59,951 nucleotides of DNA. Source: a virus. This document shows, in pieces, positions 23,617 to 32,554 of this stretch; the stretch's first letter is position 1, and every line of letters starts with the position of its first letter. Location: positions 1-59,951 of IMG/VR virus record IMGVR_UViG_3300035683_000005; one strand, written 5' to 3'. The notes under the pieces are model-generated. The model ran no database searches. It was given only the letters and a program-made list of their open reading frames with translations, and was not told the origin of the DNA. The position numbers and the translations under genes were made by a program.

Positions 23617-24549
23617 GTGAGGATCTATCTGGCCGCCATGATGCAGAATGGCTTCCATCAGGGTAGCCAGGCTTATCTGCGCCTTACGGAGCGGGAACGG
23701 GAAGTTGTGGACTCTGTGAAGTACCGCCTCGACTCTTATCACTATATCGGCAATGAGCGGATCGCTACGCGCATTCGGTCTACTGGTCTACGTATCTTCC
23801 TCGACTCGGGAGCATTCTCCGCCTACACCCAAGGCATCACCGTCGATGTTCGGCAATACTGCTCCTATATCCACGATTACAAGGATATCCTCGAGACCGT
23901 TGAGCTGGAGAACGGTACTGTTCTTCTTCTTGCATCGGTACTTGACGCGATCGGTGATCCGACAGGTACGTGGTACAATCAGAAGCGAATGGAAGACATG
24001 GGGGTCCGCGCGCTCCCCTGCTATCACTACGGGGAGCCTCCAGAAGTCCTTCAATACTACGCGGCGAATTACGAGTACATCACGATCGGTGGGATGGTTC
24101 CAATCTCCACCCCCCAGCTGAAGATTTGGCTAGATGGGGTGTGGGGCAAATACCTCACAAACCCGGACGGCACACCCAAGGTGAAGGTTCACGGCTTCGG
24201 CTTGACGTCTGTGCAGCTGATGGCGCGATATCCCTGGTTCTCTGTAGACTCCTCTTCGTGGGTGCAGTCTGGCGGTATCGGCAATATCTTTTTGCCACAA
24301 TTCGGAATGATCGCGGTATCGGAGTTTAGCCCAAACCGGAAAGAGCCCGGGAAGCACATTGACAACATGCCGGAGCCCCAGCAACAAGCTTTGCTCCGAA
24401 TTGTTGAATCAATGGGCTTTGATGTTGAACGACTGCGCAAGGAGCACCTGAGTCGCAAGGTGTTCAACATCGCCACGTATACGGGCATCATGGAAGAGGC
24501 CGTTCACCAGAACAAGCGTTTTCGCCAACTCCAACCCACGTTCTTCTGA
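23617..24549 (+). CDS. dpdA: DpdA-type DNA 7-deazaguanine transglycosylase (TGT superfamily)
   Basis: 310 aa, GTG start. IFLDSGAFSAY, YITIGGMVP and HGFGLT segments resemble phage DpdA as I recall it. Sits in a cluster with queCDE and folE. Confidence 0.75.
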   Translation: MRIYLAAMMQNGFHQGSQAYLRLTEREREVVDSVKYRLDSYHYIGNERIATRIRSTGLRIFLDSGAFSAYTQGITVDVRQYCSYIHDYKDILETVELENGTVLLLASVLDAIGDPTGTWYNQKRMEDMGVRALPCYHYGEPPEVLQYYAANYEYITIGGMVPISTPQLKIWLDGVWGKYLTNPDGTPKVKVHGFGLTSVQLMARYPWFSVDSSSWVQSGGIGNIFLPQFGMIAVSEFSPNRKEPGKHIDNMPEPQQQALLRIVESMGFDVERLRKEHLSRKVFNIATYTGIMEEAVHQNKRFRQLQPTFF

Positions 24550-24788
24550 TGACATACCGCCGATTCTTAGACGAGTGCCGCATCCGTGTCGAAGGCTTCG
24601 TGGCATGGGTAAAGTTCGTAGACGCCGAACTTGTGCGACGCAACCAACTCCGTGTGTTGTGCTGTAGTTCTTTTGAGTATCAGCTTGCCCGCGCATACAG
24701 CGAGGAGCACGGAATCACCACTGCCGACCTCGTGGCAATGGCGTCTCGGGAGCGCCGCCCCTGGCGCGAGAACCTGGAGCTGTACTGA
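24549..24788 (+). CDS. Hypothetical protein, 79 aa
   Basis: ORF track. TGATG coupling. Confidence 0.55.
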   Translation: MTYRRFLDECRIRVEGFVAWVKFVDAELVRRNQLRVLCCSSFEYQLARAYSEEHGITTADLVAMASRERRPWRENLELY

Positions 24789-25195
24789 TGCGTATTCTGT
24801 TCACGGGCGACCGCAATTACACAGACGGCACATTTGTCGCCGACACACTTGCAGAACTTGAGCGCCTTTGTGGTCAACCGTCCGAAGTTTTCATCGCCAT
24901 TGTGGGTAGGGCGCGTGGACTGGACACTCTTGCAGAGCACCATGCTACACTGCGAGGCTGGCAGATAGAACCTTACCCCGCAGATTGGGCACAGTACGGG
25001 CGAGCGGCTGGCCCGATCCGCAACCAGCAAATGCTCGATGCCCGGCCCGCCTGCTGTCTAGCATTTCACGACAATTTCGAATCCTCACGGGGAACGCTTG
25101 ACATGGTCAACCGCTGCCGAAAGATCGGACTACCCACCGCCCTGTATGGGCACCGGCAGCTTCTGAAGCAGTGGAATTGGGGCACCAATGCTTGA
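24788..25195 (+). CDS. SLOG-fold / DUF2493-like protein, 135 aa
   Basis: MRILFTGDRNY...ADWAQYGRAAGPIRNQQML resembles the DUF2493 pattern. Confidence 0.5.
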   Translation: MRILFTGDRNYTDGTFVADTLAELERLCGQPSEVFIAIVGRARGLDTLAEHHATLRGWQIEPYPADWAQYGRAAGPIRNQQMLDARPACCLAFHDNFESSRGTLDMVNRCRKIGLPTALYGHRQLLKQWNWGTNA

Positions 25196-26150
25196 AACGC
25201 TTAAGTTCGTTCGTGGTGCGGTTGCGACCAAAGATTTCCAGCCTGCGCTGACTCACTTCCGCATCAAAGATGGCCGCGTCATGGGCTATAACGGCACGAT
25301 TGCGCTTTCTAGCCCAATTGCACTAGACGTAAATGCATCGCCGAAGGCTGTGCCGTTCGTCAAGGCGATTGAGCGGTGTCAGAACGCGACAACCGTCGTA
25401 CACATGACTCCAGCCGGCCGCATTTCATTGAAGTCAGGCAAATTCAAAGTCATCATCGAGTGCTGTGAAGAGAGTGAGGTAATGGACGCGATCGTACCCG
25501 AAGGCGAAATGATGCCAACACCCGCCACCTTTGTGGAGACATTGAAGCTGCTCGACCGGTTCGTATGCACTGATGCAACACCGGACAGACGTTGGTCGAA
25601 CGGCATTTTGCTACGGGGCCAGTCTGCGTACGCCACAAGCAATATCGTGATTGTTGAGAAGTGGCTGGGTCAGCAGCTGCCCTTTGAGGTGAATATTCCT
25701 GGACCTGCTGTAAAAGAAATCTTGCGCATAGGTCTTGAGCCTGTTGGTATCCAGATCGGAGAACGGTCGATTACGATGCACTATCCCGGTGAGCGGTGGT
25801 TGCGTGCTCAGATGTGGGACGTGCAGTGGCCTGACCTCAGTGTATATCTCGATCAGTCCGGCGAATTTGAGCCCTTTCCGCCAGAGCTCTTTGATGCAGC
25901 CGAGACTCTGAAGCCCTTCTACGACATAGAGGGCAGGCTCTTCTTTCGCGGCGACAGAGTGTCCACAAGTGCGGACGAAGGGGCGGGGGGTTCAATCGAG
26001 ATGTCGGGTGTGCCTCTGCGCGGTGCCTTCCACCACGTTCATCTGCTTTCCCTCAAGGGTGTTGCAGACACGATAGACTTCACCAAGCGCCCTGCGCCCT
26101 TCCGCGGAAATCTGTTGAGGGGTGTCATTCTACCCATGCACGACGAATAG
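25188..26150 (+). CDS. DNA polymerase III beta sliding-clamp-like protein
   Basis: 320 aa. N-terminus LKFVRGAVATKDFQPALTHFRI resembles DnaN-like phage clamps. Neighbourhood includes polA. Confidence 0.5.
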   Translation: MLETLKFVRGAVATKDFQPALTHFRIKDGRVMGYNGTIALSSPIALDVNASPKAVPFVKAIERCQNATTVVHMTPAGRISLKSGKFKVIIECCEESEVMDAIVPEGEMMPTPATFVETLKLLDRFVCTDATPDRRWSNGILLRGQSAYATSNIVIVEKWLGQQLPFEVNIPGPAVKEILRIGLEPVGIQIGERSITMHYPGERWLRAQMWDVQWPDLSVYLDQSGEFEPFPPELFDAAETLKPFYDIEGRLFFRGDRVSTSADEGAGGSIEMSGVPLRGAFHHVHLLSLKGVADTIDFTKRPAPFRGNLLRGVILPMHDE

Positions 26151-26158
26151 GAGCGGAT

Positions 26159-26440
26159 ATGTTCAAGGGCAAAACCGAAGACATCGCGCAGCGTGTAACC
26201 GCCGCAGCGGTGAACCGGCCGGGGTCTGTTCACGTTATCTTCACCCGGCACTGGCCCTGGGAGGCACGGCTCGTGCGCATGATGATGGACCGTGGTGGGG
26301 GTGCCTACAGGGCCACATCAAAGCAGATCAGCTATCCGAATGGATCGACGATTACCTTCCATCACGTTGACAACCAGGAGAACGCACTTCGCGGCCGCGA
26401 CGTGACCGGGATCGTCTGGGAGGACGATGCCACTGACTGA
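26159..26440 (+). CDS. Hypothetical protein, 93 aa
   Basis: ORF track. RBS aggagcggat. Confidence 0.6.
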   Translation: MFKGKTEDIAQRVTAAAVNRPGSVHVIFTRHWPWEARLVRMMMDRGGGAYRATSKQISYPNGSTITFHHVDNQENALRGRDVTGIVWEDDATD

Positions 26441-26618
26441 TTTTCCAACCCGCCGTGTTCGTTCAAGAGGCGTGGGCTCCTACGGTCCCCGTCTTGGTTG
26501 GCGCATTCGCTTGTCTTTGGACTGTGGGCATACGGTTGAACGCCGCTATGATCAGTCACACCCACACGAGCGTGCACGGTGCGAATTTTGCCCATCATTG
26601 ACGCATGCCACGGACTGA
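26427..26618 (+). CDS. Hypothetical protein, 63 aa
   Basis: ORF track. Overlaps both neighbours by 14 nt. Confidence 0.45.
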   Translation: MPLTDFPTRRVRSRGVGSYGPRLGWRIRLSLDCGHTVERRYDQSHPHERARCEFCPSLTHATD

Positions 26619-28647
26619 TTCAGTCGGACTCTTCTGGCAGGACGTAGCACGGGCAAAGGGAAACCGTGTAGCGCGTGTGATGCCGCCGATCCCGGATACG
26701 GGTTGGGTGCCGCCGACTACGTTCCCTAACCTGGCGGGTGCCAGGGCACTTTCGTTCGACGTCGAAACCAAGGACCCCGAACTAAAGAAACGGGGCCCTG
26801 GCTGGGCACGTGGCAAGGGCCATTTGTGTGGCCTGGCGGTGGGTACAGACGACGGGGGGCGGTGGTACTTTCCGATGCGCCACGAAGTCGAGAAAGACCA
26901 AAACCTTGATCCGGATCACGTACTGGCGTGGGCGCGCGACACATTAGGCAATCCACGCCAGCCGAAGATCGGCGCGAATATCACGTACGACATCGGTTGG
27001 CTGAAGGAAGAAGGAGTTGAGGTACGGGGTCCGCTCTACGACGTACAGTTTGCGGAGGCGTTACTAGATGAAAGGGCACGAGTCAACCTCGAAGAACTCG
27101 GACAACGCTACCTCGGGCAAGGTAAGCAGAGCAACCTTCTTTACGAGTGGTGCGCCGCTTATTACGGGGGTCGTTCAACCGCAAACGATCAAGGCGGAAA
27201 TATCCATCGCGCTCCTCCGCGGCTGGTGGGGCCGTACGCGGAAAGTGATGTCGATATTCCGTTCCGCGTTCTAGACAAGCAGTGGCCGCTGCTGGTTCAG
27301 CAGAATTTGCACGCACTCTTTACAATGGAGTGCGAACTTATTCCACTGATGATAGCAATGCGGTTCGCGGGTGTGCGCGTGGACTACGACCGCGCTCAGC
27401 ACCTGCACGATGAAATGCTCGGACTTCGCGACCAGTCAGAAAGGGAGGTCTATAGCGGACCGTCCGTAAAACAGATAGACGCAGAAATTCGTGGTATAGT
27501 CGGGTTTGAGGTGAACACCGACGCCTCAGCAAGCATCGCGCGCGCATTCGATACTCTGGGGCTGCGTTATGGCCGCACGGAAAAAGGCGCACCGAGCTTC
27601 CGTGCTGGCTTCCTCGAGACCGTACAACACCCCCTCGCCGAACTGATCCTGCGTCGTAAGCGGTTGAAGAAGCTGATCGGTACGTTCCTCAAGGGTTATA
27701 TTCTTGACTCACACGTGAATGGCCGGCTCTTCGGTCAGTTCCATCAGTTGCGGGCGAGCGGTAAGGGGGCCAGGTCCGGTCGGTACTCGTCCAGCACGCC
27801 GAATCTTCAGAATATTCCGAGCAGGTCCGTGTTGGGCAAAATTATCAGAACAATCTTTATTCCAGATATCGGGCACAAGCAGTGGCGGAAAAAGGACTAC
27901 AGCCAAATCGAGTACCGCGGACTCGCGCACTACGCTGTCGGACCCGGTGCCGATGATGTGCGGGCACGCTACCTGGCTGATCCGAGAACAGATTTCCACA
28001 AGATGGTGCACGGTATCATTCTTGCGCAGACAGGGCAGGATCTCGACCGCGCGTATGTGAAGAACACGAATTTCGGCACAGTCTATGGGATGGGGGTGGC
28101 GAAGTTGGCGGTGCAGCTTGGCATCCCGTTTGTGCTCGCAAAACAAGTCTACGAGACAATCCATGGCGCCGCGCCTTTTATGAAGGCGACTATGGACGAG
28201 ACTATGATCGAAGCGCAGAGGACAGGCTACATTACTACCATCCTCGGCCGTCGGTCGCGGTTCGACCTATGGGTGCCGTTCGATTGGGAGGAGCGGCAGA
28301 ACGCGTGGCCGCTGCCGTACGAGCAAGCTATCACACGCTACCGCGATCCGGTTCGTGCATATCTCCACAAGGCGCTCAACCGGCGGTTGCAGGGCTCGGC
28401 AGCTGACCTGATCAAAGCCGCGATGTTGCAGTGTTGGAAGGACGGTGTCTTCGACTATGTGGGGGTGCCTCGGTTGACGGTTCACGACGAGCTGGACTTC
28501 AGCGACGCCGGACTCCAATACTCAGAAGAAGCGTTCGCGCATATCAACAGGGTCATGGAGAACGCGATCCAGTTCCGTGTGCCAATCATGGTCGAAGAGG
28601 AAGTTGGTCCGAATTGGGGTGAGGTGAAGAAACTCAAGGCAGCTTAA
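26605..28647 (+). CDS. polA: Family A DNA polymerase (Pol I-like) with a 3'-5' exonuclease domain
   Basis: ExoI LSFDVET. Motif A DYSQIEYRGLAH. Motif B RAYVKNTNFGTVYGMG. Motif C TVHDELDF. Confidence 0.9.
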   Translation: MPRTDSVGLFWQDVARAKGNRVARVMPPIPDTGWVPPTTFPNLAGARALSFDVETKDPELKKRGPGWARGKGHLCGLAVGTDDGGRWYFPMRHEVEKDQNLDPDHVLAWARDTLGNPRQPKIGANITYDIGWLKEEGVEVRGPLYDVQFAEALLDERARVNLEELGQRYLGQGKQSNLLYEWCAAYYGGRSTANDQGGNIHRAPPRLVGPYAESDVDIPFRVLDKQWPLLVQQNLHALFTMECELIPLMIAMRFAGVRVDYDRAQHLHDEMLGLRDQSEREVYSGPSVKQIDAEIRGIVGFEVNTDASASIARAFDTLGLRYGRTEKGAPSFRAGFLETVQHPLAELILRRKRLKKLIGTFLKGYILDSHVNGRLFGQFHQLRASGKGARSGRYSSSTPNLQNIPSRSVLGKIIRTIFIPDIGHKQWRKKDYSQIEYRGLAHYAVGPGADDVRARYLADPRTDFHKMVHGIILAQTGQDLDRAYVKNTNFGTVYGMGVAKLAVQLGIPFVLAKQVYETIHGAAPFMKATMDETMIEAQRTGYITTILGRRSRFDLWVPFDWEERQNAWPLPYEQAITRYRDPVRAYLHKALNRRLQGSAADLIKAAMLQCWKDGVFDYVGVPRLTVHDELDFSDAGLQYSEEAFAHINRVMENAIQFRVPIMVEEEVGPNWGEVKKLKAA

Positions 28648-28659
28648 CCGGAGCGACAA

Positions 28660-29280
28660 ATGAAGATCGGAACAAAGAGCGTACTTCTCGGGGCACACTG
28701 CTTCTTTTTGCACCCGTGGTTCGTTGCCTGGGCGTGGTGGCAGTTGTATGGATTTCCGCGCGACCCACGTCTATGGGTTGCCTTCTTCGTTCACGATATC
28801 GGCTATTGGGGCAAGCCGAACATGGACGGCCCGGAAGGCGAATCGCACCCGATTGTAGGCGGCAACATTATGCGCCGACTCTTTGATGAAACGTGGTGGT
28901 TATCTGAGTTCATGAATCGCAGATGGGGCCAGTTACCGCCAGGACCTCACGTCGACAGTTGGGGATCTTGGACTGCACTGCATTCACGGTACTACGCGAA
29001 TAGCGTCGGCGCCGGATTCTCGCCGCTGTGCGTAGCCGACAAACAGGCTATTGCACTCACGCCCGGATGGCTCTTCACCCCCCTTGCTTGGGCCACCGGA
29101 GAGCTCAAGGAGTACGCGGAGAAGAAACGCGACTACCATCCGGAAGACACTTCACCATGGAGCTACGAAGACGTGCGCGCCTTTTGTCGCAAATGGGTCG
29201 CAGAACACAAGGACAAGCACAAGGACGGCTGGATGGGTACCGGAGCACTCACTACAATGAAGCAAAGGGGCGAGGAATGA
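28660..29280 (+). CDS. Hypothetical protein, possibly HD-type phosphohydrolase-like, 206 aa
   Basis: H...HD pattern (FFLHP...AFFVHDIGYWGKP...ESHP). RBS ggagcgacaa. Confidence 0.35.
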   Translation: MKIGTKSVLLGAHCFFLHPWFVAWAWWQLYGFPRDPRLWVAFFVHDIGYWGKPNMDGPEGESHPIVGGNIMRRLFDETWWLSEFMNRRWGQLPPGPHVDSWGSWTALHSRYYANSVGAGFSPLCVADKQAIALTPGWLFTPLAWATGELKEYAEKKRDYHPEDTSPWSYEDVRAFCRKWVAEHKDKHKDGWMGTGALTTMKQRGEE

Positions 29281-29975
29281 CAGACATGCGCAATCGGATC
29301 CAGGCTGTTCTCGACATCCATCTGAACGGTTACGTCATCACACGTTCGCCGAGCGACCTACTCACAGACATCCTGTCGGCCGTCCGGGAAGGATCGGATG
29401 GTGGCATACGGCTCGCGAGTGGGCAGTCGGCACTGCAGATGTGGGTGATGGATCTGACAATCATGCAGCAGTCCGTTCTGATCAGCGCGGTGCGCGGAGC
29501 CGACGGTACGGAGAAGTTCCACCGTTACAAGATGCTCCTCCGCTGGTACCGGCGCTGCGTGCTGGTTTCGGCGATGGACGGCCGTACGCTCTTGACGCCG
29601 GACGAGCCGGGCGGAGGCTCCTTCACGGGCCCGAGTACGAAGATGCCGAGCGAGAATCCCGGTCGGATGCACGTCTACACGCCGGAAGAGCCAGCGCACT
29701 GGTCCGTGCGGATGCAGCCGCATGTGGACGATTTCATGCGGTCGCGTGACGACCTCCCTTCGCACTACTGGACGCACTGCATGCACGCCTTCGAGATTCT
29801 CGGCTACAAGCACCCAAACCCCGAAATCCGCGCTTTCTGGCACGCGATCTACATCCGCATGGTTCATGCGATGCACCTCTGGCCGGAGTTGGAGTGGCAA
29901 ATGGATCAGCGGCTTGGCGACACGGTCGCGGGTTGGAAGGCGCGGGAGGACTCCGCCGGCAGCTGCTCGGAGTAG
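29277..29975 (+). CDS. Hypothetical protein, 232 aa
   Basis: ATGA coupling. Internal ATG (MTDMRNRIQ...) of ORF 29028..29975. Confidence 0.6.
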   Translation: MTDMRNRIQAVLDIHLNGYVITRSPSDLLTDILSAVREGSDGGIRLASGQSALQMWVMDLTIMQQSVLISAVRGADGTEKFHRYKMLLRWYRRCVLVSAMDGRTLLTPDEPGGGSFTGPSTKMPSENPGRMHVYTPEEPAHWSVRMQPHVDDFMRSRDDLPSHYWTHCMHAFEILGYKHPNPEIRAFWHAIYIRMVHAMHLWPELEWQMDQRLGDTVAGWKAREDSAGSCSE

Positions 29976-29979
29976 GGCC

Positions 29980-30342
29980 ATGATGAGCAGACAAGAAGCG
30001 ATAAACGCATTCTTTGCGCGTGCGGCGCAGGAACGTGAGAAGGCTGTGCGGAAGTATGGTGAGATCGCGCTGCTCCCTGGTGGCGACCCCGACCGTGACA
30101 TCTTCGACTACACGCTCAACGAGTGCGTTGGTCTGCTGAGATACGCGGAGATGATGGAGAACCGCGTGAAGGCAAGCCAGTCACAGCTCGGCCGTGATGC
30201 TTCGGTGGCGACGATGGGCGTTACGGTGATTGGTGAGAGGCTGCGTGGCATGGCAACGGAGTGCGGTGTACGTATCCTGCTGTTGCGCGATCTAATGCAG
30301 CAGCACCACATCGAACTTGGTGAACCGGAGAATCCCTCATGA
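29980..30342 (+). CDS. Hypothetical protein, 120 aa
   Basis: Internal ATG (MMSRQEAINAFF...) of ORF 29722..30342. Confidence 0.55.
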   Translation: MMSRQEAINAFFARAAQEREKAVRKYGEIALLPGGDPDRDIFDYTLNECVGLLRYAEMMENRVKASQSQLGRDASVATMGVTVIGERLRGMATECGVRILLLRDLMQQHHIELGEPENPS

Positions 30343-31181
30343 AGGAGATCGCTGCCCGTATGGTGCTGGACAGCATCAGCTCGGCCGGAATTCGCCTTTC
30401 GACGGTGATGCTGACAATGCCCCGGATGATCCTTGCAGAACTGAACACGCACCGCGCTCTCACACGAAACAGCGGGAGCCTGCGTGCGATTCCGGGCAGC
30501 CGGCTAATCTCGGCAGTACGCGAGGATCCCTTCATTCCCCAACACTGGACAACTGCACGGAAGGGGATGCAGGGCGGCCCTGCGATCACCGATCCCGACC
30601 TCATCGAAGAGTGCCGACAGGCCTGGCTCACCGCCCGTGACGATGCCGTCCGCCACGCGCTGCACCTTCTCGACCTGGGTCTCCACAAGCAGGTTGCGAA
30701 CCGGGTGCTGGAGCCGTACCTCTGGCACACCGCACTGATTTCCTTCACCGAATCCGGCAACTTCTTGGCGCTGCGCGACCACCCCGACGCAGAGCCGCAC
30801 TTCGCGGACCTCGCAGCCTGCATCGTCGGCGCGCTGGAGCGGTCGAAGCCCGTGAAGCGGGGAGTTGGCGAGTGGCACCTGCCCTTCACGGAGAACGTCA
30901 ATCCTGAGATCCCGCTCGAGGTGCGCATCAAGATTAGCACCGCGCGCTGTGCCCGTGTTTCTTACGTGACACCTGACGGATCGATCGCTACCGTACCGGA
31001 AGACCTGGCTCTCTACCGTCGGCTTCACACACCGGGGCACTGGTCGCCTTTTGAGCACCCGGCGCGCGCGATGCTGGATCCTCGCTGGAGCGGGAACTTT
31101 TATGGCTGGTTCCAGCATCGGAAGGAGTTCCCCGGAGAGAACCGGAGTCACCGGGCTGGTCAGACGCACACCCGCCCGTAA
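30339..31181 (+). CDS. thyX: Flavin-dependent thymidylate synthase (ThyX-like)
   Basis: ELNTHRALTRNSGSLRAIP resembles the ThyX RHRxxSxxxxSxR signature, in the phage variant with THR. 280 aa. Confidence 0.65.
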   Translation: MKEIAARMVLDSISSAGIRLSTVMLTMPRMILAELNTHRALTRNSGSLRAIPGSRLISAVREDPFIPQHWTTARKGMQGGPAITDPDLIEECRQAWLTARDDAVRHALHLLDLGLHKQVANRVLEPYLWHTALISFTESGNFLALRDHPDAEPHFADLAACIVGALERSKPVKRGVGEWHLPFTENVNPEIPLEVRIKISTARCARVSYVTPDGSIATVPEDLALYRRLHTPGHWSPFEHPARAMLDPRWSGNFYGWFQHRKEFPGENRSHRAGQTHTRP

Positions 31182-31190
31182 CCAGGGGCC

Positions 31191-31219
31191 TTGACAGGTA
31201 ACCGGCTGGGTACTATATT
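31191..31219 (+). promoter_or_regulatory. Promoter, TTGACA-N17-TATATT
   Basis: -35 at 31191-31196, -10 at 31214-31219. Confidence 0.75.
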
Positions 31220-31364
31220 ACATGGTAGGTAACGGGGGTGCCGGGTTGGGCGGGGTAGGATTGTACGGCACCCCCGTTCGTGCGGTTAGCATTGCCCTGG
31301 CGGGAAAAATTCCTTTCGCGCGGGGTGGGGGGACGGTAGGTGAAACAGGGGCGGACAAGCAGCC

Positions 31365-31793
31365 ATGTACAGCGAAGAACTGATCCGGGCGTTGGAGAAC
31401 TCGAGTCCGCAGGAGTACGAAAACGACTCACAAGACCTCGAGGATGCTGAAGCGAGCGGGCTTACAGTCGTATATGCGGACCTGAATACCCTGCAACTCG
31501 ACATCGACAGCATCGAGGACTACGCGCACTACCTGAAGAACACGCACCGCCTGATCCAGCTCGGCTACTTCAAGAGCACGGACGAGCTGACACTCGCGAC
31601 GGAAGAGTGGCGGAGCAGGAACGGCAAGTGGCACGTGCAGATTCACCTGCGGTCGAACATCGAGACGGAAGAGCGGATCATGTTGCAGGCGCTTCTCGGA
31701 AGCGATCGGGTTCGGGAGTTTTGCAATCTGCGGCGTTACCGGGCGGGCGTTCCTTCGAACGAGTGCATTCGCCTGTTCCGTCCGGGGCTTTGA
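31365..31793 (+). CDS. Hypothetical protein, 142 aa
   Basis: ORF track. Confidence 0.6.
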   Translation: MYSEELIRALENSSPQEYENDSQDLEDAEASGLTVVYADLNTLQLDIDSIEDYAHYLKNTHRLIQLGYFKSTDELTLATEEWRSRNGKWHVQIHLRSNIETEERIMLQALLGSDRVREFCNLRRYRAGVPSNECIRLFRPGL

Positions 31794-32056
31794 TGGCACA
31801 GACAAAGGGCGGTCAGATCCAGAAGAAGGTCGACGAGCTGGTGGGCAAGATGCCACTACAGTTGATCGAGGCGCTGCGGGAAGAGTTCAAAACGGAATAC
31901 TCGGCAGTCTACAGCGTGGAACTGGAGCGAATGGTCGCCAAGCGCAACACGGGCGACGGCGCCCTGAGCATCGAGGAAGACGAGTTCGTCCGCGTGTGGC
32001 AGAAGGGCTACAGCGCCGCGATTCATGTGGTCACAGGCGCTGTGAAGCAAAAATGA
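31793..32056 (+). CDS. Hypothetical protein, 87 aa
   Basis: TGATG coupling. Internal ATG (MAQTKGGQ...) of ORF 31607..32056. Confidence 0.6.
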   Translation: MAQTKGGQIQKKVDELVGKMPLQLIEALREEFKTEYSAVYSVELERMVAKRNTGDGALSIEEDEFVRVWQKGYSAAIHVVTGAVKQK

Positions 32057-32261
32057 AGAAGGGCGGTCCACCCACTGGAAGAAAGCCGAACATGACCCCG
32101 CCAGGACACTTAGCCGCAGCTTGTGCGGGTTGTGCTCCTGCCCCTTGCGAAGCTGCTCCGGGACGCGGCACGGCTGACTGGTGTGGTTGGACCGCCCCTT
32201 TCCAACTTCTGACGGTACACAACGTATCGTCAGATTTTCCCCAACGCAAGGAGAAGATACC

Positions 32262-32480
32262 ATGTCCGCAACCACCACGAAGCTCCGCCTGCACCGTGAG
32301 ACGGTCCGCAACCTCACTTCTCCACCGGTGGTGTTCGTGCGTCGCCCGAAGGCAGACTTCTCGGCCCGCAACTGCGAGCAGACATCGCCCTCGATGGAGT
32401 ACAGCTGCTACATGAGCTGCGCGGAGACGGTGTACATGAACTGCAACCCCAGCGTGGAGTACACCTGCGACACGCTTTGA
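32262..32480 (+). CDS. Cys-rich small peptide, 72 aa, with a leader-like N-terminus (KLRLHRETVRNLT). Possible RiPP or bacteriocin-type precursor.
   Basis: ATG preceded by caaggagaagatacc. The core SARNCEQTSPSMEYSCYMSCAETVYMNCNPSVEYTCDTL has 5 Cys and repeated xEYxC units. Confidence 0.55.
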   Translation: MSATTTKLRLHRETVRNLTSPPVVFVRRPKADFSARNCEQTSPSMEYSCYMSCAETVYMNCNPSVEYTCDTL

Positions 32481-32516
32481 GCGTGTCCACTTGGCGAACA
32501 ACGTAGTCGTTTAGAA

Positions 32517-32554
32517 GATGCCGAAGGCCGCCTTACCAGCGCGCCTTCGGCATC
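32517..32554. terminator. 12-bp perfect hairpin between convergent genes; its 3' arm lies in the endolysin coding end
   Basis: gatgccgaaggc (32517-32528) pairs with gccttcggcatc (32543-32554). Confidence 0.45.

Noticed and set aside
32053-32415. An alternative ORF (MKKGGPPTGRKPNMTPPGHL...) coupled by ATGA to gene 31793..32056 and overlapping the Cys-rich peptide gene.
   Set aside because: Its composition is low-complexity and noise-like, and it overlaps by 150 nt an ORF that has a much better RBS. It remains an unresolved alternative rather than a feature.
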